From positions 6,075-70,074 of IMG/VR virus record IMGVR_UViG_3300009481_000012: 64,000 bases of DNA, one strand, 5' to 3'. The position numbers and the translations under genes were made by a program. This DNA is from a virus. The notes beneath the pieces were generated by a model. That model had not been told where the DNA came from. It saw only the letters and a list, made by a program, of their open reading frames with translations, and searched no databases. Positions within the stretch are counted from its first letter, which is position 1. Each line of letters begins with the position of its first letter. Shown here piece by piece: positions 10,171 through 20,800 of the stretch.

Positions 10171-10708
10171 AAAATTAAAAGACGAAAAAATTAATTGGCA
10201 AAAAGGTATTGAAAATAATGAGTGGACTTGGATACAATATTTTAAAGAACAAAATGATTTTAGTCTTGGGTTTAAGTTGTGTGAGAAAGATGCTTGGATA
10301 GCAAGAACTTTAAAAACAAAAAAGAAAAGATATAAGTTTAAAGAATGTAAAACTTTAGTATTAGTAGGGTCAGGGCTATATCCTTATAGCTTATTTGATA
10401 TACACAAACAGTATCCATATATCAACCTCATTGGGTTAGATTACGATGAAAGATGTGTAAAAGTTGGTAACCTTTTAATTAAAGCCGCTAATGTTGAAAA
10501 TAAGATTACTATATTACATATGGATGGAAATGATTTTGAGTATTCTAAACTAGAACACGAAGATTTAGTATTTCTAAGCGTAGACATAGAAACTAGGGCT
10601 GTAATATATAATAAAGTTTTAAAAACTAGTAAAGCAGATGTGTATGTTTGTGAACCACACAATAAATGGTTGATAAATATGATAGAAAAAAGCCCTCAAG
10701 AAGATTGA
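10127..10708 (+). CDS. Class I SAM-dependent enzyme (methyltransferase / nicotianamine-synthase-like)
   Basis: LVLVGSGLYPYS, GLDYD, MDGND. Confidence 0.6.
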   Translation: MAQEKQLKFSSNTIKKLKDEKINWQKGIENNEWTWIQYFKEQNDFSLGFKLCEKDAWIARTLKTKKKRYKFKECKTLVLVGSGLYPYSLFDIHKQYPYINLIGLDYDERCVKVGNLLIKAANVENKITILHMDGNDFEYSKLEHEDLVFLSVDIETRAVIYNKVLKTSKADVYVCEPHNKWLINMIEKSPQED

Positions 10709-10716
10709 GGGCTTTT
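10688..10716. terminator. Bidirectional intrinsic terminator between convergent blocks
   Basis: AAAAGCCCTCAA-GAAGA-TTGAGGGCTTTT perfect stem with T tracts on both strands. Confidence 0.9.
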
Positions 10717-10719
10717 GTT

Positions 10720-10884
10720 TTAGAATGAATATTCTTTGGGAATAAATCTTCCTTTTTTAAATACTTTTACTTTTGGTGATTTTGTTGTTCTTTTTTTGTA
10801 CCCACCATCACGCAAATATCTTCCTTTTTTGGTTACTTTTGCATGACGAGATTCTCGTAAAAAAGACGGTGTGAGATATGTCAT
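10720..10884 (-). CDS. Small basic protein, 54 aa (not in ORF track)
   Basis: MTYLTPSFLRESRHAKVTKKGRYLRDGGYKKRTTKSPKVKVFKKGRFIPKEYSF; abuts upstream stop, ends at terminator. Confidence 0.7.
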   Translation of the reverse strand: MTYLTPSFLRESRHAKVTKKGRYLRDGGYKKRTTKSPKVKVFKKGRFIPKEYSF

Positions 10885-11121
10885 TTAAGGGTTTTTATCT
10901 TTAGAAGGTACTCCATAATCAAGGGTTCTTCTAGGAGTTTCACCTGCTCTAACACCTTCACCATTATAAACAGCTTTAAGATTAGATAAAATACTGTCTC
11001 CAGCTAAATATCTAGCCTTAACTTTTTCAACTCTTTTAACGTCTGGTGCAATGTCTCCATATCGGTTACTACCGATCTGGACGATTTCATTATTACCAAG
11101 ACCTCCAGGTTTAGCAACCAT
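10885..11121 (-). CDS. Hypothetical small protein
   Basis: AAGGAG RBS, tight packing. Confidence 0.75.
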   Translation of the reverse strand: MVAKPGGLGNNEIVQIGSNRYGDIAPDVKRVEKVKARYLAGDSILSNLKAVYNGEGVRAGETPRRTLDYGVPSKDKNP

Positions 11122-11132
11122 ATTAGATCTCC

Positions 11133-11384
11133 TTATTTGTTATATCCGCGTCCTTTAACGGGGGCGCCACCATTTTCTGCAGAGGGAGCGTTTTCGCCCA
11201 TTGAGCCATTGGCATCAATATACCCTTTAGCAGCTTTCATCATGGCATTTTTACCGACGGCACCTGGCTGGTTATAATTACCTTTTGAAGAGGAACCACC
11301 CATCGCGGTCTTATCAACAGACCCCGCATTTTTGTAGTTCTCTGGTGTGCCAGTAACGTCAAATCCAATTACTTTTCTAGCCAT
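11133..11384 (-). CDS. Hypothetical Gly-rich small protein
   Basis: AAGGAG RBS before MARKVIGFD at 11384. Confidence 0.75.
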   Translation of the reverse strand: MARKVIGFDVTGTPENYKNAGSVDKTAMGGSSSKGNYNQPGAVGKNAMMKAAKGYIDANGSMGENAPSAENGGAPVKGRGYNK

Positions 11385-11616
11385 TGTAAATTTCTCCTTT
11401 TGAAATATTATACGAATTTCCACTCGTATTTGCAATATTAACTTCTTGTATTATAGCATCAATATTATCATGCCAGAAGTTTAAAAACTTATGAACTCTG
11501 GAAAAATGGGGGGAAATATCTGAAGTCTGCCAGACGAATTCTTGCAATATATTATTATAGTCTGGGAGCCAGTAAAGAACTTGAACTAATACAAGCTCTC
11601 TCTCAAATATAATCAC
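11377..11616 (-). CDS. Usg-family protein
   Basis: LYWLPD..ILQEFVWQ..D..P.F....KFL.FW...I pattern of the alphaproteobacterial Usg family. Confidence 0.75.
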   Translation of the reverse strand: MIIFERELVLVQVLYWLPDYNNILQEFVWQTSDISPHFSRVHKFLNFWHDNIDAIIQEVNIANTSGNSYNISKGEIYNG

Positions 11617-11630
11617 CCCATTAAGTCCTA

Positions 11631-12362
11631 CTACGAAATTGCAGCTATAATGGTCTCAGTGTGGTTACCCGCGTTAGCGGCAGCAGCATGAGAGCCACGA
11701 ACTGTGATTGTTGGTGCGAGTCCAGCAGCAATTGAAGTTGCATAGCTGTTAGCACCTGTAAATGTGCAATGCTCAATAGTCATATTACCATTGGATAGCG
11801 CACCTGAATCACTAGCAATCGTGCAATATCTCATCGTTACAACACCGGAACAGTGTTGAACAATACCATATCCTGGGCCTACTGTGGTTCCCAGTTCACA
11901 ATGATCAAGAGTGATTGCGGCGTTCATGTTTACACCCGCAGCACCCGCAGCGTTAGCGTCTGTGACACCAGCAGTAACTGCACCGTTTGCAAGAGCAAGA
12001 GCAGCACTCCTAGCATTACCATCAGTTCCGTTAATCACGGAATCAAATACTTTAACTGTAACATCTGTATTACCAACAATTAGTCCAGCAGCATTAATCG
12101 TTACGTTTTTAATAACAACGTTTGCTCCTTGAGATGTCGCGTCAGGGACTGAAAATCCAGCGAAGACAACATCATCTCTATCACCAACACCAACAATTGA
12201 TACATCCGCAACGTTAGCCGTGCGTGGGTCAGCATAAGAGCCAGGATAAACTAGAATAGTATCTCCCGATCCCAAAATTGATGTGGGAATCTCTTCAACG
12301 CTTTTAAACTGAGCATTATCTGTTAACTCAGGGCTTACTTTATGAATAGCTTTATTTGCCAT
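11631..12362 (-). CDS. Right-handed beta-helix (pectin-lyase-like) protein
   Basis: GDTILVYPGSY start motif and repetitive beta-strand pattern. Confidence 0.6.
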   Translation of the reverse strand: MANKAIHKVSPELTDNAQFKSVEEIPTSILGSGDTILVYPGSYADPRTANVADVSIVGVGDRDDVVFAGFSVPDATSQGANVVIKNVTINAAGLIVGNTDVTVKVFDSVINGTDGNARSAALALANGAVTAGVTDANAAGAAGVNMNAAITLDHCELGTTVGPGYGIVQHCSGVVTMRYCTIASDSGALSNGNMTIEHCTFTGANSYATSIAAGLAPTITVRGSHAAAANAGNHTETIIAAIS

Positions 12363-12384
12363 TAGTCTATTCTCCTTTTAAAAT

Positions 12385-12588
12385 TTATTTACGTTTACTC
12401 GATCTTCGGGATTTCCCTAGAGCGATCGCGACGGCTTGTAATCTCTTAGCTTTATTTGAAGAGATTCCACGCCTTTTTGCAAGTGTAGAAATAGCTTTTT
12501 TTCTAGATTTACCTACACCCTTCTTTTTAGTTAATTCTTTTATGTTTGCAGAAATTACTTTCTTACTTTTACCTTTTTGTAACGGCAT
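12385..12588 (-). CDS. Small basic protein
   Basis: MPLQKGKSKKVISANIKEL...QAVAIAL; K/R-rich. Confidence 0.75.
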   Translation of the reverse strand: MPLQKGKSKKVISANIKELTKKKGVGKSRKKAISTLAKRRGISSNKAKRLQAVAIALGKSRRSSKRK

Positions 12589-13372
12589 CGTCTAATTTAA
12601 TCTCCACGGTACATTCTTTAATAGATAAAGATTCTTCTCTTTCACTACTATGTACCAAATAATCTCTTAACGAATCTAAGTAAGCATTACTAACTGCTAA
12701 CTTATTAGTCCACCAACTAGGTAATGATGCTTCTCCATCAGCAGGTAAAGCATTATATATATCAGCTACATTTTCTGTAATTTGTCTACAAGCTCTATTC
12801 GCAGAAGCAACATCTGTATGTCCGTCTTTTGTTGTTGTTAAGTTTTCCTGTTCAAATGTTTTCATTCCATTACCCATTTCTTTTAAATTATCTTCCCACC
12901 AACTAATTTCAGGATCTAAAACTCCATCATCTATAATTCTTTTTAATCTTCTATCGTATTCTTCTCTAGTAGCAGGTGCGTCACCGTTTACAGCATTAAT
13001 TACAAATTGTAACGTCGCAGCAGCTATTGATAGACTCGCGCACTTACCTATAACCCACCCATTTAACTCATCAATCATAATTGTAGGAGAAGCAGTTTTT
13101 AAAGCCCCAACCATTTCATGCGGAACTTTAAAATATAAACCGCCTTCTACATAAATTTTTGCGGGATACGGGTGCAGTTTATTTGTGTTTGAATCAACGA
13201 TACGAACAAAATCAAAACCGTCAATATTTTTAAATACAACCGCATATCCTTCATTTGTTTCGGGATTTTTCTCTACATAAGAAGGGGTGCCAAACTTGTC
13301 CATCAACTTGATGACAAAACTTTTTGGACCTTCATATTTCCAATCACCTATTTCAATACCCTTATATTCCAT
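12569..13372 (-). CDS. Hypothetical protein
   Basis: 267-aa ORF with AGGAG RBS and own promoter; C-terminal DGHTDVASA...LPSWWTNKL module. Confidence 0.75.
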   Translation of the reverse strand: MEYKGIEIGDWKYEGPKSFVIKLMDKFGTPSYVEKNPETNEGYAVVFKNIDGFDFVRIVDSNTNKLHPYPAKIYVEGGLYFKVPHEMVGALKTASPTIMIDELNGWVIGKCASLSIAAATLQFVINAVNGDAPATREEYDRRLKRIIDDGVLDPEISWWEDNLKEMGNGMKTFEQENLTTTKDGHTDVASANRACRQITENVADIYNALPADGEASLPSWWTNKLAVSNAYLDSLRDYLVHSSEREESLSIKECTVEIKLDDAVTKR

Positions 13373-13401
13373 AAGATGCTCCTTGTTTATTCTATAATAT
13401 C

Positions 13402-13440
13402 ATTATAGAGTAAAGATTTTTAAATAGCCAATCTTATTTT
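13402..13440 (-). promoter_or_regulatory. Putative late promoter
   Basis: AAAATAAGA-TTGGCT-18 nt-TATAAT on minus strand. Confidence 0.55.
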
Positions 13441-13477
13441 AATTACCTACTTGATTAGCAGGGCTAAACCTATTTAT

Positions 13478-14464
13478 TTAATTGTCAATTTGATTTGACG
13501 CATTAAAAAGAGTAATTTCTCCTGTCTCTAAGTCTTCTTCGGTTTTTTCTCTACTACTGACTATTTTTCCACATTGTGATTTACATAAACTAAAACTTCT
13601 ATCATACCCTTGTAAAAATTGTTGTAATTTGTTCCAATAATCATAATTTAAAATTTTTTCTAGGGGAACTTCTAGTCCACTAAATAATTTTTCATGATCT
13701 TTCATATAATAAAACCTAGAATTATCTTTATCATAATAATGACCTCCCGTCCAACAACACCTAAAAACTAATCCTTCTGGAGAAATGTACCATTTTCCCC
13801 AATCATCCCACGAACAAATAATCTTTTTAGGAATTTTTGATAAGTCTTTTTTTCTTTTAACGTGTCTATAAATTCCATCTTTCGGTGGGTGAAAGTCTCT
13901 ATTTGTAGTAACCGTACTAAAAGTAGAAAAACCATAATCTATTGCTAGTTGTTTGGCTTTTTCTATTTGATGTTGGTTATAATCAAATACGATATATTTC
14001 CAGTGCACGCTTGCTCTATTAGTATCAATAACAGACTTGGCGTTATTAAGAACTTTGTTAAAGTCAGTATTAATTCTATACCTAGAGTGTGTATCTTCTA
14101 ACCCATCTAAATCAAAATTTATTATATCTAGTTTATCTAAAATATTACCTACGTCTGTCCAATAATCGTGGTCATGAATTCCTCCATTAGTATGTATTAA
14201 CAATTTCGTGTCATGTTCTTTAACATAACTTATAATTTCTCTAAACTGTTTATTCATAACAGAGTCTCCAAAATTACCATTGAAGACCAACCACTCTAAA
14301 TTTTTGAGCAATTCGGGATAAAATAGTTTTTGGAAATTATCTAATGTAATAGTATATTTAGGGTCATTTAAATTTACCCTAAGAGGTTTTATTCTATGAC
14401 AAGCCGGGCATTTTGCGTTACATCTAAATGTTAACTCGGTAGTCAATTGTCTTATTTTTTTCAC
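13478..14464 (-). CDS. Radical SAM protein with C-terminal SPASM/twitch-like Cys motif
   Basis: CNAKCPAC (CxxxCxxC), HTNGG, YISPEGLVFRCC, CKSQC. Confidence 0.88.
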   Translation of the reverse strand: MKKIRQLTTELTFRCNAKCPACHRIKPLRVNLNDPKYTITLDNFQKLFYPELLKNLEWLVFNGNFGDSVMNKQFREIISYVKEHDTKLLIHTNGGIHDHDYWTDVGNILDKLDIINFDLDGLEDTHSRYRINTDFNKVLNNAKSVIDTNRASVHWKYIVFDYNQHQIEKAKQLAIDYGFSTFSTVTTNRDFHPPKDGIYRHVKRKKDLSKIPKKIICSWDDWGKWYISPEGLVFRCCWTGGHYYDKDNSRFYYMKDHEKLFSGLEVPLEKILNYDYWNKLQQFLQGYDRSFSLCKSQCGKIVSSREKTEEDLETGEITLFNASNQIDN

Positions 14465-14465
14465 A

Positions 14466-16316
14466 TTACGCCCATCGTCTAATCATTAATCTTAGCCCTG
14501 CAGGAATATTAGCCGCAGGTTCTACGAATTGTACTACTCCAGCACTAGGAATTACAAAATCATTATCTGATCCTCCAAACTGCCTAGTCTGTCTTACTCC
14601 ACTTAGTACAACTTCTATTCTATCAATAGCGGTTACTGAAGCTCCTATTCCATAAGCATTTGCTCCAGATACTGTAGTAATCACATTGTGTTGAGGTGCG
14701 AGAGTACTACCTGACGCAGTTGCTACGTTATCTTGCACCACGTTTAAGTTTGCATTTAGCCTAACAAAGGTTGCGTGATCATTAGCTAGAGGGTCAACTC
14801 CTCGAGTTAAAATTACTCCAACATTAGCTGTACCTCTAACATCTAAATTATATTCAGAAGTGGCTGTAGCGTCACCAATAATTATATTTGCTGCTCCAGT
14901 AGCATCGTGTGTTCTAATTACTGCATTAGCTGGCTGACCAATACTAAAGGTAGATGCCACAGGAGCTGTGTTACCTACTATGCCTAACCCTGTTCCTACT
15001 ACTGATCGTCCTGTTACTGTTGAAGCGCCTGTGACAGATAGACCAGCTGCAAAAGTAGCTCCTCCATCTGCTGCTAGAGTTATCGCTGCAGCAGTAGTAG
15101 CTGTCCCAATAGTGCCTGTATCTTTAATTTTGATGTCATCTTTAAAAGTAACAATACCACCGCTACTAACTTGCATAGCATCTGTGGCACTGGCTGATCC
15201 AAGGTTGCCATCATCAGGAACTATTACTCCTGCGTCTCCTGAGAGCACAAGAGATTCCGCAGTTACATGTCGAGCATTTAAGTTTGCAGCACTTGTTGCA
15301 CTTATAGCGGTATTAGTATGGGGGTCTCTAGTGTGGGCTACTACAACTTTATTTACTGATTCATCATAACCAATAAAGACATTTCCTTCTGCTCCGCGAC
15401 TTACCATAAGTCCTGTATCTAAACTAGGACTTCCGCTTGCGTTTTTAGCCGCAAGTATAATTCTATCTTCGACAGTTAAGTTTGTAACATCTTGGCTAAC
15501 AGTATCACCACTAACCGTTAAATTACCTGTAATAGTTAAATCGTCAGCTACAGTAACAGCTCCGTCTCCCGCTATTGTTAAAGCAGCTGCTGTCGTCGCA
15601 CTACCAATTTGACCTCCATCAGCAACAGTAATGCCTGCGCTATGAACGCTTCTATCACTAAAAGTAACTGCTCCAGCAGCAGCTATCGTAATAGCAGCGG
15701 CATCGGTAGCAGTTCCTATGGTGCCTCCATCTTTAATTTTAATATCGTCTTTAAATGTAACTACACCATCAGCTGCAATTTGAATAGCATCAGTGGCTCC
15801 GGTAGAGCCAATATCCCCATCGTTAGGAACTATAAAAGAAGTTGCAGTAAGAGCGCCAGTATTAGCAGTCCCCCTTACATCTAATCTGTGTGGAGTATTA
15901 GTACCAATATCACCGTGTCCAATTATGACATTGCCGCCATTGTTTTGTGTACCGTAGTTAATGATAACGTTAGCAGGAGTCCCTAAAGTTAAAGAAGAAG
16001 CCGCAGGGTTAGTGTTAGCTATACTAAATGAGTCTGCAGATTTGTCAAAAAAGTATTTACCACTGCCAATATTTAAATCAGTGGTTGCGTCAAGAATAGC
16101 AGCTACGTTATCTTGTACTACGTCTATATTTGCTGATAAGTTAGCTTGTAACGCTACTACGTTTTCTGAAACTTGAGACGCGTTTGCGCCCGCACCAAGG
16201 TGCCTACTCTGAACAGCATTATTAGCTAGGTGCCTAGCTATTATGACATTACTGCCAATACCTGCTGTTCCTAAAGCATTAGCCCCGATAACGGTACTAC
16301 TAATTTTTGTAACCAT
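14466..16316 (-). CDS. Tail fibre / virion appendage protein
   Basis: A/G/T-rich, ~31-aa repeats (G.IG.AT...AI.IA..G.VTF.DDI.IKD). Confidence 0.7.
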   Translation of the reverse strand: MVTKISSTVIGANALGTAGIGSNVIIARHLANNAVQSRHLGAGANASQVSENVVALQANLSANIDVVQDNVAAILDATTDLNIGSGKYFFDKSADSFSIANTNPAASSLTLGTPANVIINYGTQNNGGNVIIGHGDIGTNTPHRLDVRGTANTGALTATSFIVPNDGDIGSTGATDAIQIAADGVVTFKDDIKIKDGGTIGTATDAAAITIAAAGAVTFSDRSVHSAGITVADGGQIGSATTAAALTIAGDGAVTVADDLTITGNLTVSGDTVSQDVTNLTVEDRIILAAKNASGSPSLDTGLMVSRGAEGNVFIGYDESVNKVVVAHTRDPHTNTAISATSAANLNARHVTAESLVLSGDAGVIVPDDGNLGSASATDAMQVSSGGIVTFKDDIKIKDTGTIGTATTAAAITLAADGGATFAAGLSVTGASTVTGRSVVGTGLGIVGNTAPVASTFSIGQPANAVIRTHDATGAANIIIGDATATSEYNLDVRGTANVGVILTRGVDPLANDHATFVRLNANLNVVQDNVATASGSTLAPQHNVITTVSGANAYGIGASVTAIDRIEVVLSGVRQTRQFGGSDNDFVIPSAGVVQFVEPAANIPAGLRLMIRRWA

Positions 16317-16327
16317 ATGAGGTTCTC

Positions 16328-16789
16328 CTAATTATCGGAGTCTTCTACTTCTAACTCCTTGAAAAATTCTTCTAGGTAATCTTTTTGTTCGACACCTTCG
16401 TCTTCCCCGTCTTCAAAAAACTCTTTAATAAAGTCTTCTACTTGTTCATCTACAGAGGGTGGTTTTAATAAATCATCCCATTCTTCATCTATACAAGCTC
16501 TTTTAGTTAAGTCTTTAAAATATGTAATCTCTTCTTCTGTTAATTCTGCGTTAGGCGTGTCATCTAAAAATTTCTTTTCATAAACGCTCATAGAGGGAGA
16601 TTCTTCTAAATAAACTGAATAACAAGAACCGGCTAGTATTTCTCCTAATTTTGGTTCTAATTCAATAAATTTATCAAAAGGAAAACTTCTTTCTATCTGT
16701 TCCCCTTTTTCCCCTCGTTCAAATTTTCTATAATTAGCATACACTAATTTGCCTTCTATGTCAAAGGCATTAAATTTAATAATCTCCAT
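16328..16789 (-). CDS. Hypothetical acidic protein
   Basis: AGGAG RBS; D/E-rich C-terminus. Confidence 0.7.
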   Translation of the reverse strand: MEIIKFNAFDIEGKLVYANYRKFERGEKGEQIERSFPFDKFIELEPKLGEILAGSCYSVYLEESPSMSVYEKKFLDDTPNAELTEEEITYFKDLTKRACIDEEWDDLLKPPSVDEQVEDFIKEFFEDGEDEGVEQKDYLEEFFKELEVEDSDN

Positions 16790-16799
16790 TATTCTCTCC

Positions 16800-17840
16800 T
16801 TAAAGTTTTATAATAAAATTCACTACAGATGTAGGGAATATCATGTTAGGTGTAATAGCAGCGTGTGCAGCAACTGCAGTAACTGCTGTTGCTTGTGAAG
16901 AGTCTTTTGCTGAAGTAGCAAAGGTTGCTGTAGTCAAAGAGTGCGCAGCAATTGTAGTAGACTCTGAAGGCTTAGTAGCACTACCAGGCATTTGAGGTGT
17001 TTGGGCACCCAAAGTACTGTTATTAGATCCTTTACCTAGTAATATCCTATCTCTTAAATCAGGAACGTTAAATGTATTATTACCGTTTCCTGTCCCAAAA
17101 GCTGTACTTACTACCCCAAATAAGTTAGCGTTAACTCCTGTGCGAGAAATAGCCGCCCCATCACATAACAAATATCCAGAAGGTGCAGAACTTCCCCCAT
17201 ACCCAGAAATAACTCCAGTAGGTGTTAAAGCTGTTTCTACAAAATTATCTAACTCATGTATTGTTATAGAGGCTGCAGTGATCTTTACATTACTAATATT
17301 TCTATCTGTTACTTTTGCTGTTGTAACGGCGTTGTCCACTAACATTGTCGAAGTAACTCCGTTTGTTGGGGGTATACCCACATCAGTGAAGTTAGAAGCT
17401 GAGTTCGCTCCTTTTATCATTAGCCTAATATTTGAAGGAGTTGATGATGCAGCTGTTGATCCAAAAACAGCTACTAACTCTCCAATTTGATATGAACCAA
17501 TGTTTGCTGTTGCCCCAACAATATTATCTTCGTATCTAGAACCTATTCCAACCCTAGTAAAGTTACCTCCGGGTCCTTCAGCGCCTTTTTTATCTGCCGT
17601 ATCACTATTAATGTAAAGTGCTTTTCTACCTGCATCATAGTATAACAGACCGTATGTCCTAGAATCTGTAAAAGCAACTGCGGCAGATCCGTCATCCGTA
17701 AAGTTAGATGCCGCAGGAGGCACCGATGAATAGAAGTTCTGAGCTAGTGATTGCAAACTTCCATTTATATGAGTTCTCGAAGTTGATAACGCTGTTGATG
17801 CAGTCGTTAAAACAAACGTATTTGATGTGCCTGTAGCCAT
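16800..17840 (-). CDS. Tail fibre with phage tail collar domain
   Basis: PTGVISGYGGSSAPSGYLLCDG...LF...TFNVPDLRDR; ends VNFIIKL. Confidence 0.85.
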   Translation of the reverse strand: MATGTSNTFVLTTASTALSTSRTHINGSLQSLAQNFYSSVPPAASNFTDDGSAAVAFTDSRTYGLLYYDAGRKALYINSDTADKKGAEGPGGNFTRVGIGSRYEDNIVGATANIGSYQIGELVAVFGSTAASSTPSNIRLMIKGANSASNFTDVGIPPTNGVTSTMLVDNAVTTAKVTDRNISNVKITAASITIHELDNFVETALTPTGVISGYGGSSAPSGYLLCDGAAISRTGVNANLFGVVSTAFGTGNGNNTFNVPDLRDRILLGKGSNNSTLGAQTPQMPGSATKPSESTTIAAHSLTTATFATSAKDSSQATAVTAVAAHAAITPNMIFPTSVVNFIIKL

Positions 17841-17853
17841 TTTTTAATCTCCT

Positions 17854-20800
17854 TTAAATTCCTTGTGCCACAAAATCTAATACTACACCTGTAGAAGGTG
17901 CTTGATCAGATGAGTTAACGACATTAATATTTGCTCCTGTATTTGTTGAGCCTATAACTGTTGCAATTTTTCCTATTGATCCTACAGGTGTCATAGTAAT
18001 GAATGGGGGTTCAATAAACCCAGCAGAGGAATAGTCTACCGCCGTGTTCCCCCCAGTATCACTAGTTCCTGCAAAAGTAACTCTAGCCCTAAACTCTTGA
18101 GTTGGTTTGTCTACTGTATACTCAAAAGTATCTAACGTAAAATTAGTTTCAGTCGGTTTTGCGTTTGTTATAATTTCTCTGATTTGGAAAAATCTAGCCA
18201 ATCTTGACCCAGTACTAAAAGTAGTGAATCTATCATCAGAAGTTCCAGAAAACGTACTAATATTTACATTACCATTAGCAAAAAATGGATCAGACTCAGA
18301 AGTTCTAATTTGTGTAACTCTTGATAAAGCACTAGAATCTCCTAAGAACGTAGTTGCTGCAGAGGAAGAATCTGAAAACTGGTTTAGATCTACTAGTTTA
18401 TATGAACTCGCAACGGTTGTCAAGTTAGCAAATGCATTAGCTCCTGTTGATGCCCCGTTAGCATGATATACTTTTCCTAATTTAATCTCATCTGCGTCAA
18501 TTACACTAGCAATTAGAGCATATGAATTAGCATTAGAATAATCCCCTAAATCTACAACTCCGCTACTAGAGTAGGCTGAGTGACCTGCTGAAGTATTAAT
18601 CGCTTCATGAAGTACTCCACCAGAAGAATAAGTAGTGAAAGCACTACTATTTGTTCCCGAAAGCTCAAAAGTATTTGTAGTTTTATTAGCGACAGTAAAA
18701 ACAAGGCCGTTTAGTTCCGTCATACCTACTACGCCTTGAATAATTACTTTATCTCCATCACTTAGCCCGTGTCCAGAAGCAGTTACAACTGCAGGGTTTG
18801 CTTTAGTAACTGCTGAAATAGTAACACCAGATTTAGCTGTATAATTAAATAATTGAAGAGTAGTATTTGATGTACTTCTAGTTACATAGACTTCTCTACT
18901 ATTTAGCTGTGTCATACCTACTACGTCATGTATAATACTTCTTGTTGCAGGGGTAGTCGTTGCTAAAAAATGGTCAGCAGATACAGTTATAATACCCGGC
19001 TCTGCTTGTGTTATTGCTGTAATAGTTTTAACTCCCGCTCCGTCTGAAAACGTAGTTGAATACTGTCCATCATTCCAAATTGCAAAAACATTACCAGAAG
19101 CTCCACCACTTGTTAGAGTTTGATTTGGGGCATTAAAAGATACAGCTGCTGCAACCGTATTACTAAAACCAAGAACTGTGCCTACCCCTTCAGAACCACC
19201 TAACCCTGTATCTTTCAATATAGTGTTGTCACTACTAACTTCTGTAACTCCTGTGGCCTTATCTTGGTGTAGAGTATTCCAGTCTGTAGAGGTGGTTGCT
19301 GTGCCTTGTATATTAGCCGTTAAACTAACAGACGTTAAAGCACCTATATCTCTTACTTGTGTTTGATATATTGATTGACTTCCTGTAGCTAAAATATCAG
19401 TAGGACTACCACTTATTACGGAAAATCCTATAGCAGTACCATTAGCATTATCAACTAACGAAGTAGGTTGTGCGGATATAGATAAGCCTGCAGTATTTGA
19501 GTTTGCTAAACTTGGGAAGTTAAATTCAGTTCGATTATCTAGCGGTACCCCTGATACGACGTTACCTCCAGGATTATCTTCACTATAAGATTGTAATAAG
19601 AACAACTCGGCTAATTTTACTGAGGTAAAAGTTACACCAACTACGTCTGTACTTAAGTTACCACTAGTATCACGAGTTTTAGCTAAATAAGTAAACGTTC
19701 CAAATGTGTCAATAGCAGCTACTTTTCTGGTTGACCCAGAACTAACTACAATGAACTCTGGAGCATTAACAAAAGCAGAAGCAAAGTCATCGGGCTGCAC
19801 TGTGCCGTGTGCTCTTTTAATGACAATATCTCTTAAATCTGGGTCAAACAACGAACCGTCTGCATTAGTAACATACGCCCAGAATAAGTGAATGTTTTCT
19901 CCTAATTGAGAAACACTAAAGTTTTGAATATTTTGTGGAGGTGCTTGTTTACCTAAAATAGCTTGGCTTTTTTCTAAGGTTACTCCTTTAATTGCTTTAT
20001 TTAAAGCAGTAACTCGTACTGTTATATTATTAACACTAGAGGTTAGTCCACGATCAACATTGTTAATAGTAAATCTCATTTTACCATCAGTGTCTACCCC
20101 AGTAGAAGGAAGCTTGACGGTATTAAAAGAAGTTAAATCTGCAGCTTCGCCCCCTAACTTATAAGAAAGTTCATAGTCAGTAACACTCTGATTTTGAAGA
20201 TGATCAAACTCTACTGTTACCCTTGTTACAGCACCAACAGACTGTTCAATATATAAAGATTCTGAGATAAGTAAGTTTTCTACTCTTTGAATAGGTATTT
20301 CATTAATTAAAATAGATTCGGTTACAATAGGACTTCTTCTACCTGCTTGGTTAACGTTTTGTGCCCTCAATACGTAAAGTCCGGGATCGACTGCTCTTAC
20401 CAACCTATCAGCGGGCGTTTGAAAACCATCAAAAGTTGTTGGAGTTAATACGGAGTAGATGGCATTATTAGCGAGAGAGAACGAGCCTGGGAATAATGTT
20501 TTGTTATAATCAAAAGTAAAACTGTTACCGAAAACATTATTAGTTGTTCCTATAGGATCGGGGCTAATATTAACAGCTACAGTTCCTCTAGTATTAGAAC
20601 GTAATTGAGATCCTAAAGTTACCCTATACATATTATTAGCTGTTAACGAGGCATTAAAATCAGCGCTATCTGTAGAATAAGAAGCGTTAACTATAGAATA
20701 AACATTTCCAGAATGAAACTGTAAATTATCTCCCGGCTCGACGGCAGGAACAGTATAATGCTCTGCTTCTATTCTAATTGTAGCTTCTGTGCTTAAGCCG

